Positions 10,911-22,864 are shown, numbered from the whole stretch's first letter. The stretch is 63,386 bases of DNA, filler included, from 10 parts of 10 records of this genome joined end to end with filler, not necessarily neighbours in it, one strand, 5' to 3'. The notes: generated from the sequence alone by a model not told the origin. Translations and numbers: made by a program.

Positions 10911-12699
10911 ATGAGTGCCCGCTCCGGGCAGGGGCCAGGCGCCAGTCATGTCTGGGTCTGTGCCAACTGCACGTTTCACAACCCGACCGAGGCACTCGAG
11001 TGCACCATGTGCGAAGTGCCTCGACCGAGCAGCAGCCCGGCGCACAGCCGGTGCAGCTTTGCCCGGGGCCAGCTAGTGTGGGCCAAGTATCCGAATTCGC
11101 CGTGGTGGCCGGCTACAGTCGCGGCGGTGTACGAGCCGAGCGATGGTGGCGCAGTCAAGGTGAATTTTATGGGCGAGGACAGCTTTGGCGAGCTGCAGCC
11201 GGAGATGGTGCTCCCTTACGAGCTAGGACTGGACCGGGGCCTCCACAGGAAAGCCCGGAGCGCTGCATTCAAGGAGGCAGTACACGCCGCGGTGGGTGGC
11301 TGCCGCCCAGTGACCTGAGCTGTGGGGCAGGATGCAAAACAGCAAGGATCGGCGGTTACGGAGGCTCAACCTGCACCGTCGGCCTTGCTGGGCCGTCGGG
11401 TGAGGAAACACTTCGATGGGCACGGGGTTTACACAGGGCGAGTCTGTAAGTGGGACCCGGTGAAGCGTTGGTTTAGTGTTCGATACGACGACGGGGACGT
11501 AGAGGATCTGAATCCGGGCGAGCTCAGGCGGCTGCTGGTAGACGATGAGCCTGAGGCCAGAGCTCAGCCGGCCACCCCGCAGCAGCAGGTTGGAGGACCC
11601 GGGCGCGCTTTTGTCCCTCGGCCGCGAGGGCGGGCTCCTGTGGGGAAGAAGTGGGATGGTGCGACAGGCCGCTGGGCGCAGGCTGACCCTGTGGAGAAGC
11701 AATCAGGGGGCGAGGAGGTGGTATCAGTGGAAGACGAGGAGGAGAAGACAGCACCAACAGAGCAGAATGGTGAGGTGGGATCATCGGAGGAAGAGGAGGC
11801 GGGGTCGGCAGTGGAGATGTCTGCAATTGACCCAGATTCCAGACCGGCGCAAGCACTCATCCCTCGCCCTTGCGGGCGGGCACCAGCAGGCCAGACCTGG
11901 GACGGATCAACAGGCAGGTGGGTAGCCCAGGCGACTAGCCCCCAATACGATCGCTGCCGCACTTTTGGGTGCATGCTGGCGGATCGGCACGAGGGACTGC
12001 ATCTTTTTGAACAACCAGTGCCCAGGCGGCGCTGCGTGCAACAGCCCAGGGAAGAGCAGCTGCCAATAGAGCTATCCAGTGACGACGACACAGGGTCGGG
12101 GCAAGAAGACGAGGTGGACTCGGCGGATTCAGAACTGGTGCAAGTGCTTGTCCCTCGGCCGCGGGGGCGGGCTCCTGCGGGGAGGAAGTGGGATGGCCTG
12201 ACAGGCCGCTGGGTGCAGGCTGAACCCATGGAGGGTGAAGCGGATTTAGGAGAGGAGGCCACAAAGAAAGAGAGCAAGGCGGGTTTAGTTGTGGTGGAGG
12301 CGGCATCGGCGGAGGAGCAGGATGAAGCAAGTTTAGAGGGGGAGGGGAATGCAGCCGAGGAGGAGGCCGAAGCAGGGTTAGGGGAGGGGGTGGGATCAGC
12401 GGCTGAGGAGGAGGAGGTGGCTATAGCAGATTTAGAGGAGGTGGCGGCACCAGCTGAGGAGGAGGCTAAAGTAGGTCTAGAGCAGGCGGCAGAACCAGCG
12501 GTGGTGGAGTTGGCGGTGGTAGAGGAGGAGGGTGAAGCGGGTTTAGGGGAGGAGGTGGTGCCAGTGGAGGAGGCGAAACCGGATTTAGAGGAACAGGCGA
12601 CCGGGTCACCAACCAAGGCAGCAAATCTGTGTGCTGGTAGCGTACAGGACTGTAAGAGTCCAGCAGTTAAAGCGCAGAGTACGGAGCTCAAGACACAAG
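10911..12699 (+). CDS. Chromatin-reader-like protein: RanBP2 Zn finger + PWWP + Tudor-like + PRGRAP repeats, 3' truncated
   Basis: WVCANCTFHN...CTMC; LVWAKYPNSPWWPA; GRRVRKHFDGHG...VRYDDGDVEDL; intron 11292-11330. Confidence 0.8.
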
Positions 12700-12799
12700 N
12701 NNNNNNNNNNNNNNNNNNNNNNNNNNNNNNNNNNNNNNNNNNNTTAATTAATTAANNNNNNNNNNNNNNNNNNNNNNNNNNNNNNNNNNNNNNNNNNNN
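12700..12799. other. Artificial contig linker
   Basis: N44-TTAATTAATTAA-N44. Confidence 0.99.
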
Positions 12800-13244
12800 T
12801 CGTAGCCTCCGATCCGAAGACGAGAAAAGGATTGTGATATACACGGTGGATTCGATGTATGTTTCGTGGTGGCTCGAGTGCATGGGCGTTGACGTGAGTA
12901 GCGCCTCCCACCACGCCGCTGACTGCCAGCCCATGCAGGGGGTCATAACCAACTTTCCTCGGAAGCTCAAGGAGGGCTCTAAGTGTGCGGTCTCAGACGA
13001 GCTACCGGTCTATGAAAAGGCGGAACAGGCCGTAGAGACCGGCACTGGTACCCGTGGCGGATATAGGAGAGCGAGAGGCTATGAGGCTGCTTCCCAACCC
13101 GAGCTTGGCTGGGTGGATCGCAAGCAGCTTCATCATACGAGTATTAAGCTATATGATGAGCATCGAGAAAGGCGGAGCATGTCAATCCTCGGATTTGTTT
13201 GTAGTGTTGCATGGCAACTCATTCGCGATTTATATAAAACCTAA
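12800..13244 (+). CDS. 3' fragment of a glycerophosphodiester phosphodiesterase (GDPD)-like protein
   Basis: IVIYTVD...LECMGVD|GVITNFP after removing in-frame intron 12894-12938 matches the GDPD C-terminal WTVN...GVDGIITD.P motif. Confidence 0.6.
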
Positions 13245-13258
13245 AATATTGTGATGAA

Positions 13259-15130
13259 TCACTCGTCGCAAACCTGAGGCGCCACGCACTTACATTTCCC
13301 CAAACCGGTTAGCCGTGCGATAAACGGATTGGCAGGCAAACCTCCGGCCACCGTCGGGCAGCTGCCTGGCAGGCACTCGATCCCAGGAGCAGGCTGCCGC
13401 CGGCAGCACGACTGGGCTCCTTGGACATCCTGCCAAGAGTACTGTACTGCAACGGGCTTGCGTCCCTCGAGGCTCGACAGGTCCAATGTGACTGAGCTGC
13501 CATCGCCGGCTGTGACATTTACATCGATCCACACATCTGGCTGCTCGAACGGATTGGCCGGGGGCCTACCTCTGAGCATCTGATCGCTGGCCGGAGTGCA
13601 GTCTTGGTTGAGATGCTGTCCATCATATATGCACATCCAAGTTGGCTTGCCACCACAGATCCGGACCGCTGTCTGTAAGCAGAACAGCGACGCGTTCATT
13701 AGCACCCTGAACCCCGAGAAGACTCTGGACGCGTTATATGGTCTCACCTGCACCGGATGCCCGCGCAACAGCGTGCTGTTGAAGTGAACTTGCAGCTTGC
13801 CCTGCGACAGCGTGCAGCCCGACACAGTGGGTCCAGTAGCCAGCTGGTCGTGAGCCTTGTACACCGTGGCCCTGGCGGCCTGGGCCAGCCTATCTCCGAC
13901 CTGCTTCTTGTCCCTGGCGTGGATCGGGCCCATGTAGTAGTTGGTGGCCCCACTAGAGTCGCAATACGGCTTGCACACCGAAGGCCCGCCCACGGGTTGA
14001 GTGGCCTTGAGGCAGGCAGAAGCATTGTAGTTGTACCAGCAGCACTGCCAGTGGTAGCACGATATGTCACTGAAAGGATCCCCGAGGTCAAACCCCTGTG
14101 CCATGAATGTATTGGGCATCAGTGGGTTAGGCAGCACTCCGTAGTTTGCAGTCTGACTCCAGCGCATCCCACCAATATCAGGACCGCCTTCGGAAGTGCC
14201 TGCAGCAAGCGTGACCAACCCAAACGGAGCCTGAGGGTCAGTGGTGCCAGGTGTGACGCTCCAGAGTCGGCGCCAATTGGCTACGAGCTTGGGCATCAGA
14301 CATCCATAGCCCAGCTGGTCAAGACTGTTACCCATCACTCCATTGCAGTCATTTTCTCCCTGGTACCATATCCAGCCTTTGATCGTGGTGCCCACGTACG
14401 GCATCACCCGGCTATCGTGCCATTGCTGATTCTCTCCTTGGACCGTGGTGTTCCGACATTGTGCCACCGTACTGTTCTCCAGCCACTGCTCTATTGTCGA
14501 CCCGCCCCACGCTGTGTGGATGATCCCAATAGGTGGAGCTTCCGCCCCGAGTCCATCGGTCAGACTCTCGGCAAAGTAGTAGCACGTGCTCGAGTACTGC
14601 AGGAACCCGCCGGTCGCCACAGCCTCTACGAGCGGGGCCCAGGGCTGCTCCGGGTTCATGTTGCTGCGCATTCCACTCAGCCGGATGTTCCGGTAACGCC
14701 CGGCCTGGATGGCCGCAATACTCCGGTTTCGGGAGAAAGTGTGCGCCAGCGGCAGCGCCATATTTGATTGGCCGGCGCAGTAGAACACGTCACCAAAGGT
14801 GATGTTGTCCAGTTTGGCCTGGCCGCCCTGTGCAGTCCGGGCTGTCACGGTGAACCGCCCACCGGTGGGGAACGGCCTGAGCACAGTGCTCCAGTTGCCC
14901 CCAGCCACCTTGGCCTGGGCGGTGTAGCTCTGGCCGTCGGAACCGCTGATCTCAACGGCCACCGCGGCAGTCGGCGGCGAGACGTTGCCTTGCAGCTGGG
15001 CCCGTGCCGGGGCGCGCTGGAGGACCATACCCGATCCGAAGACCGGGCTGAAGCTCACGCTCGGCCCGCACCGCGCACCGGGCAGCATCAATAGGCTGGC
15101 CACGGCCAGCCAGCGGTAGGCCGCTTTCAT
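13259..15130 (-). CDS. Secreted sialate O-acetylesterase-like (SASA/DUF303, SGNH) protein
   Basis: Signal peptide; FGSGMVLQR, GDVFYCAGQSNM, WGGSTIEQW, WYQGEN and IHARDKKQVGDRLA. Apparently intronless. Confidence 0.9.
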   Translation of the reverse strand: MKAAYRWLAVASLLMLPGARCGPSVSFSPVFGSGMVLQRAPARAQLQGNVSPPTAAVAVEISGSDGQSYTAQAKVAGGNWSTVLRPFPTGGRFTVTARTAQGGQAKLDNITFGDVFYCAGQSNMALPLAHTFSRNRSIAAIQAGRYRNIRLSGMRSNMNPEQPWAPLVEAVATGGFLQYSSTCYYFAESLTDGLGAEAPPIGIIHTAWGGSTIEQWLENSTVAQCRNTTVQGENQQWHDSRVMPYVGTTIKGWIWYQGENDCNGVMGNSLDQLGYGCLMPKLVANWRRLWSVTPGTTDPQAPFGLVTLAAGTSEGGPDIGGMRWSQTANYGVLPNPLMPNTFMAQGFDLGDPFSDISCYHWQCCWYNYNASACLKATQPVGGPSVCKPYCDSSGATNYYMGPIHARDKKQVGDRLAQAARATVYKAHDQLATGPTVSGCTLSQGKLQVHFNSTLLRGHPVQVRPYNASRVFSGFRVLMNASLFCLQTAVRICGGKPTWMCIYDGQHLNQDCTPASDQMLRGRPPANPFEQPDVWIDVNVTAGDGSSVTLDLSSLEGRKPVAVQYSWQDVQGAQSCCRRQPAPGIECLPGSCPTVAGGLPANPFIARLTGLGKCKCVAPQVCDE

Positions 15131-15287
15131 CTCGGCCGGCCGCGGACAGCTGGCGGACAAGTCACAACTCTCGAGAAACTCGTCCGCTCCGCAAAACACG
15201 CTCGGGCGCGACCCGCGGCGTCGGAGGCACGCAGAAGCCGCACCTGGGCTGATTTTGCGGTGCTGCCAGGCCGACCCGCGATCGACA

Positions 15288-16108
15288 ATGACGACGAACG
15301 CGATCGTGGCGTCATGTGCCTTCTTCAGCCTGGTTCTGGGGCTATTGAACTGGGTGTTCGCCTCCGCCTGGCCGGTGTTTGGCACCAACCCGGACCTGCG
15401 CCGACTGAATGCCGAGCGCTTGCTCAGTGTCGTACACGCCCTGCTCACGACGGCGCTGTCCGGCTACGGCCTGCTCCTGGGCTGGCTGGGCGAACGGCCC
15501 CTCGGCGCGCACAGCATGTCCCCCGGCGGGTTCTACTACGACGCACCTAACTCTCCAGCCCTGACGCTCTCGCTGTGCCTGACCCAGGGGTGAGTGAGAC
15601 CGCCGGGCCGGGCTGATCGGGCTGGGGGAGCAGGTACTTCATCGTGGACATTGTGGCACTCTGGTATAACGCTGTGCTGGAGGGGAAGCGGAACTGGCCG
15701 ACTCTATTCACTGTGCACCACATTGCGTGTATGCTGTACGTGGCGGTGTGTCTGCAGCTTGGCATCGGGGCACAGACTGCAGCGGTCGCTACGCTTTTGG
15801 GAGAGGTGACAAACCCACTCATGAATCTGTGGATGATTTCAAAAGACACGCCTGGGCTCGAGTCAGTGCACGAGGCCATCTCGCCCGGGTTCACCTACTT
15901 CTACATCACCTGCCGCACCATCCTGGCTCCAGTGTGGTCGACCGATGTGATATATTTCTGTGTTGGACTACCCAACTCATTCGGCCGAATAGTCGGCTTG
16001 GTGTTTTCTGCGCTTTGCATTGGTGTAAATGTTGGCGGGTTAATCTGGTCCAAGAATCTGTGGAGAGGCTATCAGAAGTTCCTGGCAAAGAAGAAGCACT
16101 GTGAGTGA
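15288..16108 (+). CDS. TLC (TRAM/LAG1/CLN8) domain membrane protein
   Basis: LSVVHA, G|YFIVD (intron 15590-15633), TVHH, GEVTNPLMN and multiple TM segments. Confidence 0.85.
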
Positions 16109-16339
16109 GTCACATGACTAGCCAATTACAGTATAGATTGAACGCGAACGGTTGTGGTGGCGACAGACAATGATATGTAGTCTAGATATTATGAATTAAT
16201 TTAAAAGTAGATACGGTAGTACATGTAACGAGTATAGATCGTCACCTAGAAATGCAACTGAGCACACCATGGTCGTAATACGTCAATGGAGAAGTTTAAT
16301 TAATAATGCCAATTTAACTTGTTATCTACGCAACTAAAT

Positions 16340-17217
16340 TTACGTATCTTCGAGGGCTTCGGCTAGAGCATTCCTAATGTCTCTAATCATTTTCTTGGAC
16401 TCCTTTGCATTAAGCGCAATCAATTGCTCCTCCCCACGACTATCGTTCAGCATCTTCAACTTGCTGGGCGCCAGCCACTCGTAGCTGGTGTCGCCGTAAA
16501 ACGTCAGTAGCAAGTACCCAGGCTTTGGAGGCTCTAGCTGCTCGGCTTCCGGACAAGCCACTCGAGCCGGCCACCAGAGGCGCTTTCCCCAAGGGCACCA
16601 GACTTTATCCCCAACATTAAACTGCCCTGATTGAGTGGCTCGAATTTCGCTCAGGGCTAGTTCTGCTTCGGGGGCGTTAAGCTTTACAGCCTCGGGCTCC
16701 GATTCTACCTTGGGCTCGGGCTGCGCTTTGGACTCTGCTTTTAGCTTCTTTTGCGGCCGCTCCTGTGTCCCTGCAGGCTGCTCTTTGTTGCTTTTAACTT
16801 TGGTCGAAGCCGTGATGTCGAGCCCGGCCTCTGGCACTGACTCGACCATAGGCTCGGTCTTAGGCTTCGCCTGAGGCTTCTGGGCCTGCTTCATAGAGGG
16901 CACAAAACAGGCTGCAGCCGCCGCAGTCGCAATCTCTGCAGCCGTCATACTCGCCGGCGCGACGGGCTCTGGTACTGGGACACTGACAGCTGGTGGAGGT
17001 GCCTCTTCGGGGGCAGACTCTTCTGGTTCCGTCTTCTCCGGCACTGTCACACCATATTCCTGGTAGATTGCTCCTATTAAGGGCTCCTGGGCGTAGCATT
17101 GCGGGCACACGTCCTTCGCGCCGTCTGTACAATCTCCCCACATCCACGAGCTGGCTGTACAATCTGCGCCGCACAGGTCGCAGCTCATTATATCTTCTTG
17201 TAGCTCTTCTCCGTCGT
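16340..17217 (-). CDS. PWWP-domain protein with Cys-rich Zn-finger-like segment, 5' truncated
   Basis: VGDKVWCPWGKRLWWPARV...FYGDTSYEWL and CDLCGADC...CPQC. The frame is open up to the gap. Confidence 0.75.
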
Positions 17218-17317
17218 NNNNNNNNNNNNNNNNNNNNNNNNNNNNNNNNNNNNNNNNNNNNTTAATTAATTAANNNNNNNNNNNNNNNNNNNNNNNNNNN
17301 NNNNNNNNNNNNNNNNN
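17218..17317. other. Artificial contig linker
   Basis: N44-TTAATTAATTAA-N44. Confidence 0.99.
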
Positions 17318-17854
17318 CCGCGCCACCGGCCCCGGATCCGCACCGCCCCCGGGCGGGCTGCGGGCTCGAGCCGGTGCGAGTACGAGCAGCCGATGGGCGG
17401 CGAGTACGACGGGCTGGGGCTGCTCCCGCCGTTCGCGCGGGACACGGAGCACCAGGACCAGCAGCATTTCGTGATGCGCAAGCTGGGCAACGCGCACTGC
17501 TCGCGATACACCCCGTGCTTCGTGCCGGACCACAGGAAGCTGCTTGGGCAACCAAAGATAACCGTGCCCGCGGCGGCCGCCGGGCTGGTCTGGAGCCTAG
17601 ACGCGAACAGGCGGCCGCTCAGCTGCATGCGCCCGGGCGGGACGGTGCACAGGACCAGCTACACCGCCGGAACCAGCCAGGTATCCGCCCCGATCCTGCC
17701 CAAGCGGACCACGCTCCGGCCGCCGGGGCTGGACACCAACCAGACCAAGGAACGGCTGGTCAGATGGCAAAAGCGGCGGTATGTGATTGAGCGGCCGCCG
17801 CCCGGGGGGTATGAGTTGACCATGTCGGAGTGGGCTAACCTCGCATTCACGTAA
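17318..17854 (+). CDS. Hypothetical protein, 3' fragment
   Basis: GC3-biased ORF ending at an AT-rich convergent spacer. No domain recognised. Confidence 0.5.
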   Translation, partial: PRHRPRIRTAPGRAAGSSRCEYEQPMGGEYDGLGLLPPFARDTEHQDQQHFVMRKLGNAHCSRYTPCFVPDHRKLLGQPKITVPAAAAGLVWSLDANRRPLSCMRPGGTVHRTSYTAGTSQVSAPILPKRTTLRPPGLDTNQTKERLVRWQKRRYVIERPPPGGYELTMSEWANLAFT

Positions 17855-17927
17855 ACTATTGATCAATTAAATTAATTAAATAATTAATTGACGTACTCGT
17901 ACGTACATGTGCCTGCCTAGATTACGC

Positions 17928-20343
17928 CTAGGTGGCAGTCACGAGCATTTGGATCGCATCGCTGGCTCCATCACCCACCGAGATCTTGTACCTTCCCGGC
18001 CGGACCGCCACTCGGCCTGCAAGGTCGGTCGTGCAGAAGCCGCAGGCCCCGGGCAGGTTGTTGCTGCTCACTGTGAGCTCTGCTGCCTGGCCCGGCTGCA
18101 CCATCACCTTGCCGACTGCGAAAAGCGACTTGCGCGGCGGGGCGGTCTGGTTGCTCAGCAGGCTCGCGAACAGCAGCACCGCCTTCCGACTGGGCACCGG
18201 CCCAGTGTTGGTCACTCTGAGCTCGATCTGCACCCCCGCCTGCAGCGCGGCTGCCGGGATCCGGGCCGGCAGCCGGCTCCGCCATTCGAGCTGCCACGAG
18301 GTGTACGAGAGCGAGTGCCCGAACGGCCAGAGCGGCCTGCCGGTGTAGAACCGGTACGAGCGACCGGGCGGGGCACGCATGCTCATCTGCTGGTGGGCCA
18401 CTTGGGCCAGATACCCGGCTGGGTACAGCGTGTAAGGCAGCACACCACTCGGAGCCTCGAGCCCGGCCAGCACCTCCGCCGCGGCCTGCCCGCCGCTCTG
18501 GCCGCCCTCGAACGCCTCAAGCACGGCCGGGCAGTTGAGCTTTATCCAGTCGATCGCAAGCGGCCCGCCATTGATCAGGAGCACCACCAGCCGGGCCCGG
18601 CCGACCGCCCGGAGCATGGCTTGCACAAGCTCGAGCTGAGCGCCAGGCAGAGTGGTGTTCGCCCTGTCCCGGCCCTCGCCCTCGTCCTGCCCATCGATCC
18701 CGACCACCGCCACCGTGACTGCATGGGCCTTGGCACAGCCGGCTGCTTGCTCGAACAGCCCAGTGCCCCGGTCCTGGTGCGTGAGCAGCCCCGGGCTCCA
18801 GCCGACCGTTTTAAACACTCTGCGGATCCCGGCCAGCATGCTCACCGTGAACTGTGGCGAGTAGTCGGTCTTGCCGCCCTTCATCGCCAGGCTGCTGTTG
18901 GCCAGTGGCCCGACCACGCAGATCGAGCGCTTCGGGTCCAGCGGGAGCAGCCCGGCTGAGTTGTTGAGCAGCACGATCGCCTCGCGGGCCGCCTGCAGCG
19001 CCGACTGTCGATGGGCGGCCGAGTCGATCGCCTCTCTCCCGAGCTTATCGTACGGGCCGGGCGGGTCGAACTCGCCCAGCCGGAGCCGCATGAGCATCAC
19101 CCGCTCGAGCGCCCGGTCGATCATCGGCTCGCTCACCAGCCCCTGCCGCACCGCCGAGGCCCCAAAGTCGGTGTAGAAGCTCCCGCAGTCCAGGTCGCAC
19201 CCAGCCCGCAGCCCGGCACCCATCACAGTCTCAGCCGACCCGTTCCCGCCGTCGCCCTGCCCGGGCCCCCAGCGGTGCGCAAAGTGCGCGTCGGAGAGCG
19301 AGTCGCAGTCGCTCACGATGTTGCCCTCGAAGCCCCACTGGTCGCGCACGACTGTTTGCTGGAGCTCAAAGTCCAGGCAGGCCGGGGTGCTGTTGTACCC
19401 AGGCCCGCCCGGCCCCGGGAGCACTCGAATGCTGTTGTACGAGCACTGCCCCCCGGTGAGCCGGCCCGATCTGGAGGCGCACCATGAGCTGCTGCGGGTT
19501 GCCGGCCTGGACACACGCCTGGAACGGAGGCAGGTAGGTCTCACGGAGCTCCTGCAGGCTCAGATTGGCTTGGAACCGGTGCCGGGTCCAGTGCTCGCCG
19601 CCGTAGTCCGCCATCTCCAAATTATAAACCGCCAAGTGCTTGCAGGTGGCCGCCGCCAGCAGGGTCTTGTTGTCTGTGTACCCTACCTCGCCCTGCAGGC
19701 CGCGTACAAAGTTGGCTGCATACAGCCCATTCAGGTAAGGATCCTCCGAGACGCTCTCCTGGGCCCGACCCCAGCGCGGGTCCCGGATGATGTTCATGGT
19801 CGGCCCGTAGATCGACAGGAACCCGCCTCGGTCGTGCATCGGGGTCTGGTTGGCGTACAGCTTGGCCATGTAGATGTTGTGCACCGCCCGGGCCTCCAGG
19901 CCCATCACCCGGCCCATCTCGCGAATCAGGCTGCTGTTGGCCGTGGCGGCCATCCCCGTCACCTGCGGGTACAGCGTCACATTGATCCCCTGGCTCATCC
20001 GGATCCCGTGCAAGCCCTGCACAGCTCTCAGCGCTACTCGGGCGGCACTGGCCACCTCAGAGTGGTAGCAGTAGCCCGGCAGCCCCACCCGCGGCACCGA
20101 TGGGGTGTACCGGTATCGGTACTTCTTGGCGAACGAGTAGGTAGACAGCTGCTTTATCTTCTCGTCCAACCGCAGCTGCCCCACGATATCCGCCGCCCGC
20201 GCCCGCAGCCCCATCCGCAGGTCGCACCCCGCCGCGCTACCGGAGCACGGACGCACCACAGCCGGCGCCGGGCTCGGGGGCGGCCCCAGCGCACCGGCCA
20301 GTGCCAAGCACCCTGCCAAACACAGCACCAGCTGGCGTGCCAT
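17928..20343 (-). CDS. Secreted GH3 beta-xylosidase-like glycosidase
   Basis: SE|GLHG (intron 20017-20055), NIIRDPRWGRAQESVSEDP, CKH, LM|CSYN, nucleophile motif VSDCD, EGRDR, and an FN3-like C-terminus. Confidence 0.93.
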
Positions 20344-20462
20344 CGGCCGGAATTTGCTTCCGGTGTATCACCGGTGAATCCGGACGGCGCTGTCGGCGCA
20401 GCTGCGCGGGAGGCCTCATCATCAATGGCTGGCTGCCGCAGTGCGGCTGGCTGCGGCTGTAG

Positions 20463-21851
20463 ATGAGTGACGATGACCTGGCCTACTTTGGGGTAGACCA
20501 GGAGCCGCCCGCGGTGCTGGCCGTGTCTGACGTGCACCTCGAGGCGGCCCAGAACCGGCAATGGCTTGCCGAGCTGCCGGCGCGGCCCGGCTGCGTGCTG
20601 CTGCTGGCGGGCGACGTGGGCACCTCGCTCGAGATGATCGAGCAGGGGCTGCGCCAGTTCGTGCACAAGTTCGACAAGGTCTTCTTCGTGCCGGGCAACC
20701 ACGACGTCTGGCGGGACGAGCAGCATCCGGACAGCTGGACCAAGCTGCAGGCGCTGCTGGCGCTCTGTGACAGGATCGGTGTGCGCACCCGGCCGGAGCG
20801 GCTGGCCGGGCTGTGGATAGTGCCGTTGCTTTCGTGGTACCACGAGAGCTGGGACCCCGAGCCCGGGCTCCAGCCGCCCCCCGGCGCCGAGCTGGCCCGC
20901 AGCCCGCCCGAGCCGGCTGAGATAGCCTCAGACTACGGGCTGTGCCGCTGGCCGGATGGGCTGCAGAACGGTTCGCTCGAGCTGGCCGAGCGGTGGGACG
21001 GGCTGAACGACCAGCAGCTGCTGGACCGGATCGTTAGCTCGGGCGATCCTGTGGTCTCGTTCTCTCACTTTCTGCCCCGGATCGAGCTGCTCCCAGAGAA
21101 ACGATTCCTGTTCATGCCCTCGCTGCCCAAGATCGTGGGTAGCCGGCCGCTCAATGCTCAGCTGGAGCGGCTCCGTCCGGCGGTGCATCTGTTCGGGCAC
21201 ACGCATTTCCCATGGGATATGACGGTGCAGCTGGGCGCGGCTGAGCCTGAGGCCGGGCAGCTGGACGGGGTGCGCTACATGTCCTGGCCACTGGGCACCC
21301 CAGCCGAGCAGGCCCGCAGAGTGGCGAGCACGGCCGACCCAGACCTGACCGAGGCGTGGGAGCCTCGGCTAGTCTGGGCCGGAGACAGGATTGTTCAGAG
21401 GCTCTCGGGGGGCGACTGCTGGTTCTCTGCGATGTACGACAAGGTGCCCGCCTGCCTGATCCGGCTGGCTGCCATGCCGTTGACGAGATTGTGTCATAAT
21501 GGCTGATCGTAAGCTGATGTATCCATCTAAACCGAATTATGAACCGAGGCTGCCCACCTGCAGCTTGCCTGGCTGGTCCGGCCGGCTCTGGGCAAGATGG
21601 GGGCGCAGGTCAAGCGTGACCCCACCAGCAGTCAGATGGCCGAGTACACCGCCGCTATATGGTGCCCGAGCGCGCCCACAGTGCCCAACGAGGCGATCGC
21701 ACCCTTCCAGCCGCTGGTCTCAGAAGCAATGGCTGCCAAGCGCCAAAAGTACAAGGCAACCTGCGGCCGGTGCGCAAGGTGAGTTGGGTGACAGGAGCTG
21801 AGTATGCGGAGTGTGGGAAGCCAGGTGGCCAGACACCGGAACCACCCATGA
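20463..21851 (+). CDS. Calcineurin-like metallophosphoesterase (3' end approximate)
   Basis: SDVH, AGDV, PGNHD, FSHF and FGHTH motifs; introns 21225-21260, 21444-21608 and possibly 21756-21794. Confidence 0.85.
21476..21550 (+). ncRNA. Candidate intronic box C/D-like (K-turn) RNA
   Basis: AT-rich core of the only 165-nt intron: GCC..TGACGA...CTGA...TGATG...CCGA-GGC. Both terminal boxes are non-canonical. Confidence 0.3.
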
Positions 21852-22049
21852 TAAACTACTTAAAACTAAGAATAACATCATAGAGAATAAGTAGACAATA
21901 AGAGCACAAATTTTCATCTCGTGCCATCTATTAACTCGTTCTCCTTCAACTTCTCCTTCTTTGACTTCTCCCCGATCTTCACAATCTCGGCCAGATCGCA
22001 GCAAAACTCGCCAATGAAGTCAAGTTGGAGCTCCGGATCCTTCAGATCT

Positions 22050-22524
22050 TTAATCTTCTCCTATCCGATCGGCGTACTCTATCTTCTTCTTCTCCTCCTC
22101 CACGTGCTTCTTCTCAGCCCGTGTCCGCTTGGTATCGTTCTCCTGCCCGAAGCTGTCAGCAGCCGGGCCGGTGATGCGGGCTGCCTGCAGGAACTTGTTG
22201 AATCTGATCAGGTTCTCCTGCAGCTCCAGGTCCTTCTTCTTGATGATCTGCTCCCGCCGCCAGTACTGCTCCTCCCGCCTGTCCCGGCCTCGCGCCCGCG
22301 CCCGCCGCGCCGCCGCACCGGGCGTAGTCGCTCTTCTGGGCCTCGAGCGCCTCCTGCACCTCGATCTTCTGCCGGCGCTTCTCCAGCAGTCGGGTGGCCG
22401 GCGACACGTGGTCGATCGTGAGCTGCGGCGGCACATTCCTGCGGACCGGGCTGGCCGAGGCCTCTGGCCGGCCGGGGCACTTGCGCAGCAGCTTGGGCAG
22501 GAACTCGTCCGTGGCCCCCGACAT
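22050..22524 (-). CDS. CFAP73/CCDC42-family flagellar coiled-coil protein, apparently truncated
   Basis: DHVSPATRLLEKRRQ...LQENLIRFNKFLQ|ENDTKRTRAEKK with GC-AG intron 22143-22184; early stop. Confidence 0.7.
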
Positions 22525-22864
22525 CCCGACTCCAACCTCTCTCAAGCCTGTGGACGCGGACCCAAGCAAAACAGCAGCTGCCCGACCGCCTCTCAGGCCA
22601 TTGGCCCCCCAGAATAGATCTCAACGGACAAATCTTCCGTTGCAGAAAAGTCTTCGAAGCAGACTGGCTCTTCGTGCGCTGGGTGGACAACCAGCAGGTG
22701 CCCACATGTTGTATGCGCAGTAAACGCAGCAAGGTGCATGCCGGCCCGGCCCGGGGGCGGGGGGCTGATCCCAGGGGGCAGTTCACACCGCGCCAGTACC
22801 GTAGCTCCGAGACGCTTGCGATCAACAATCGCTACATAGACGATAACTTCCCGACCTAGACACC

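Noticed and set aside
17907-20466. Long antisense/overlapping ORFs (e.g. 17907-18959, 19318-20466, 43043-44032, 50565-51710)
   Set aside because: These are shadow frames expected from high GC3 opposite clearly identifiable genes.
21476-21550. SECIS element or SNORD97-like tRNA-Met guide
   Set aside because: SECIS quartet spacing does not fit and no Sec-TGA is evident. ATTATGA sits in the wrong register relative to the D-like box for C34 methylation.
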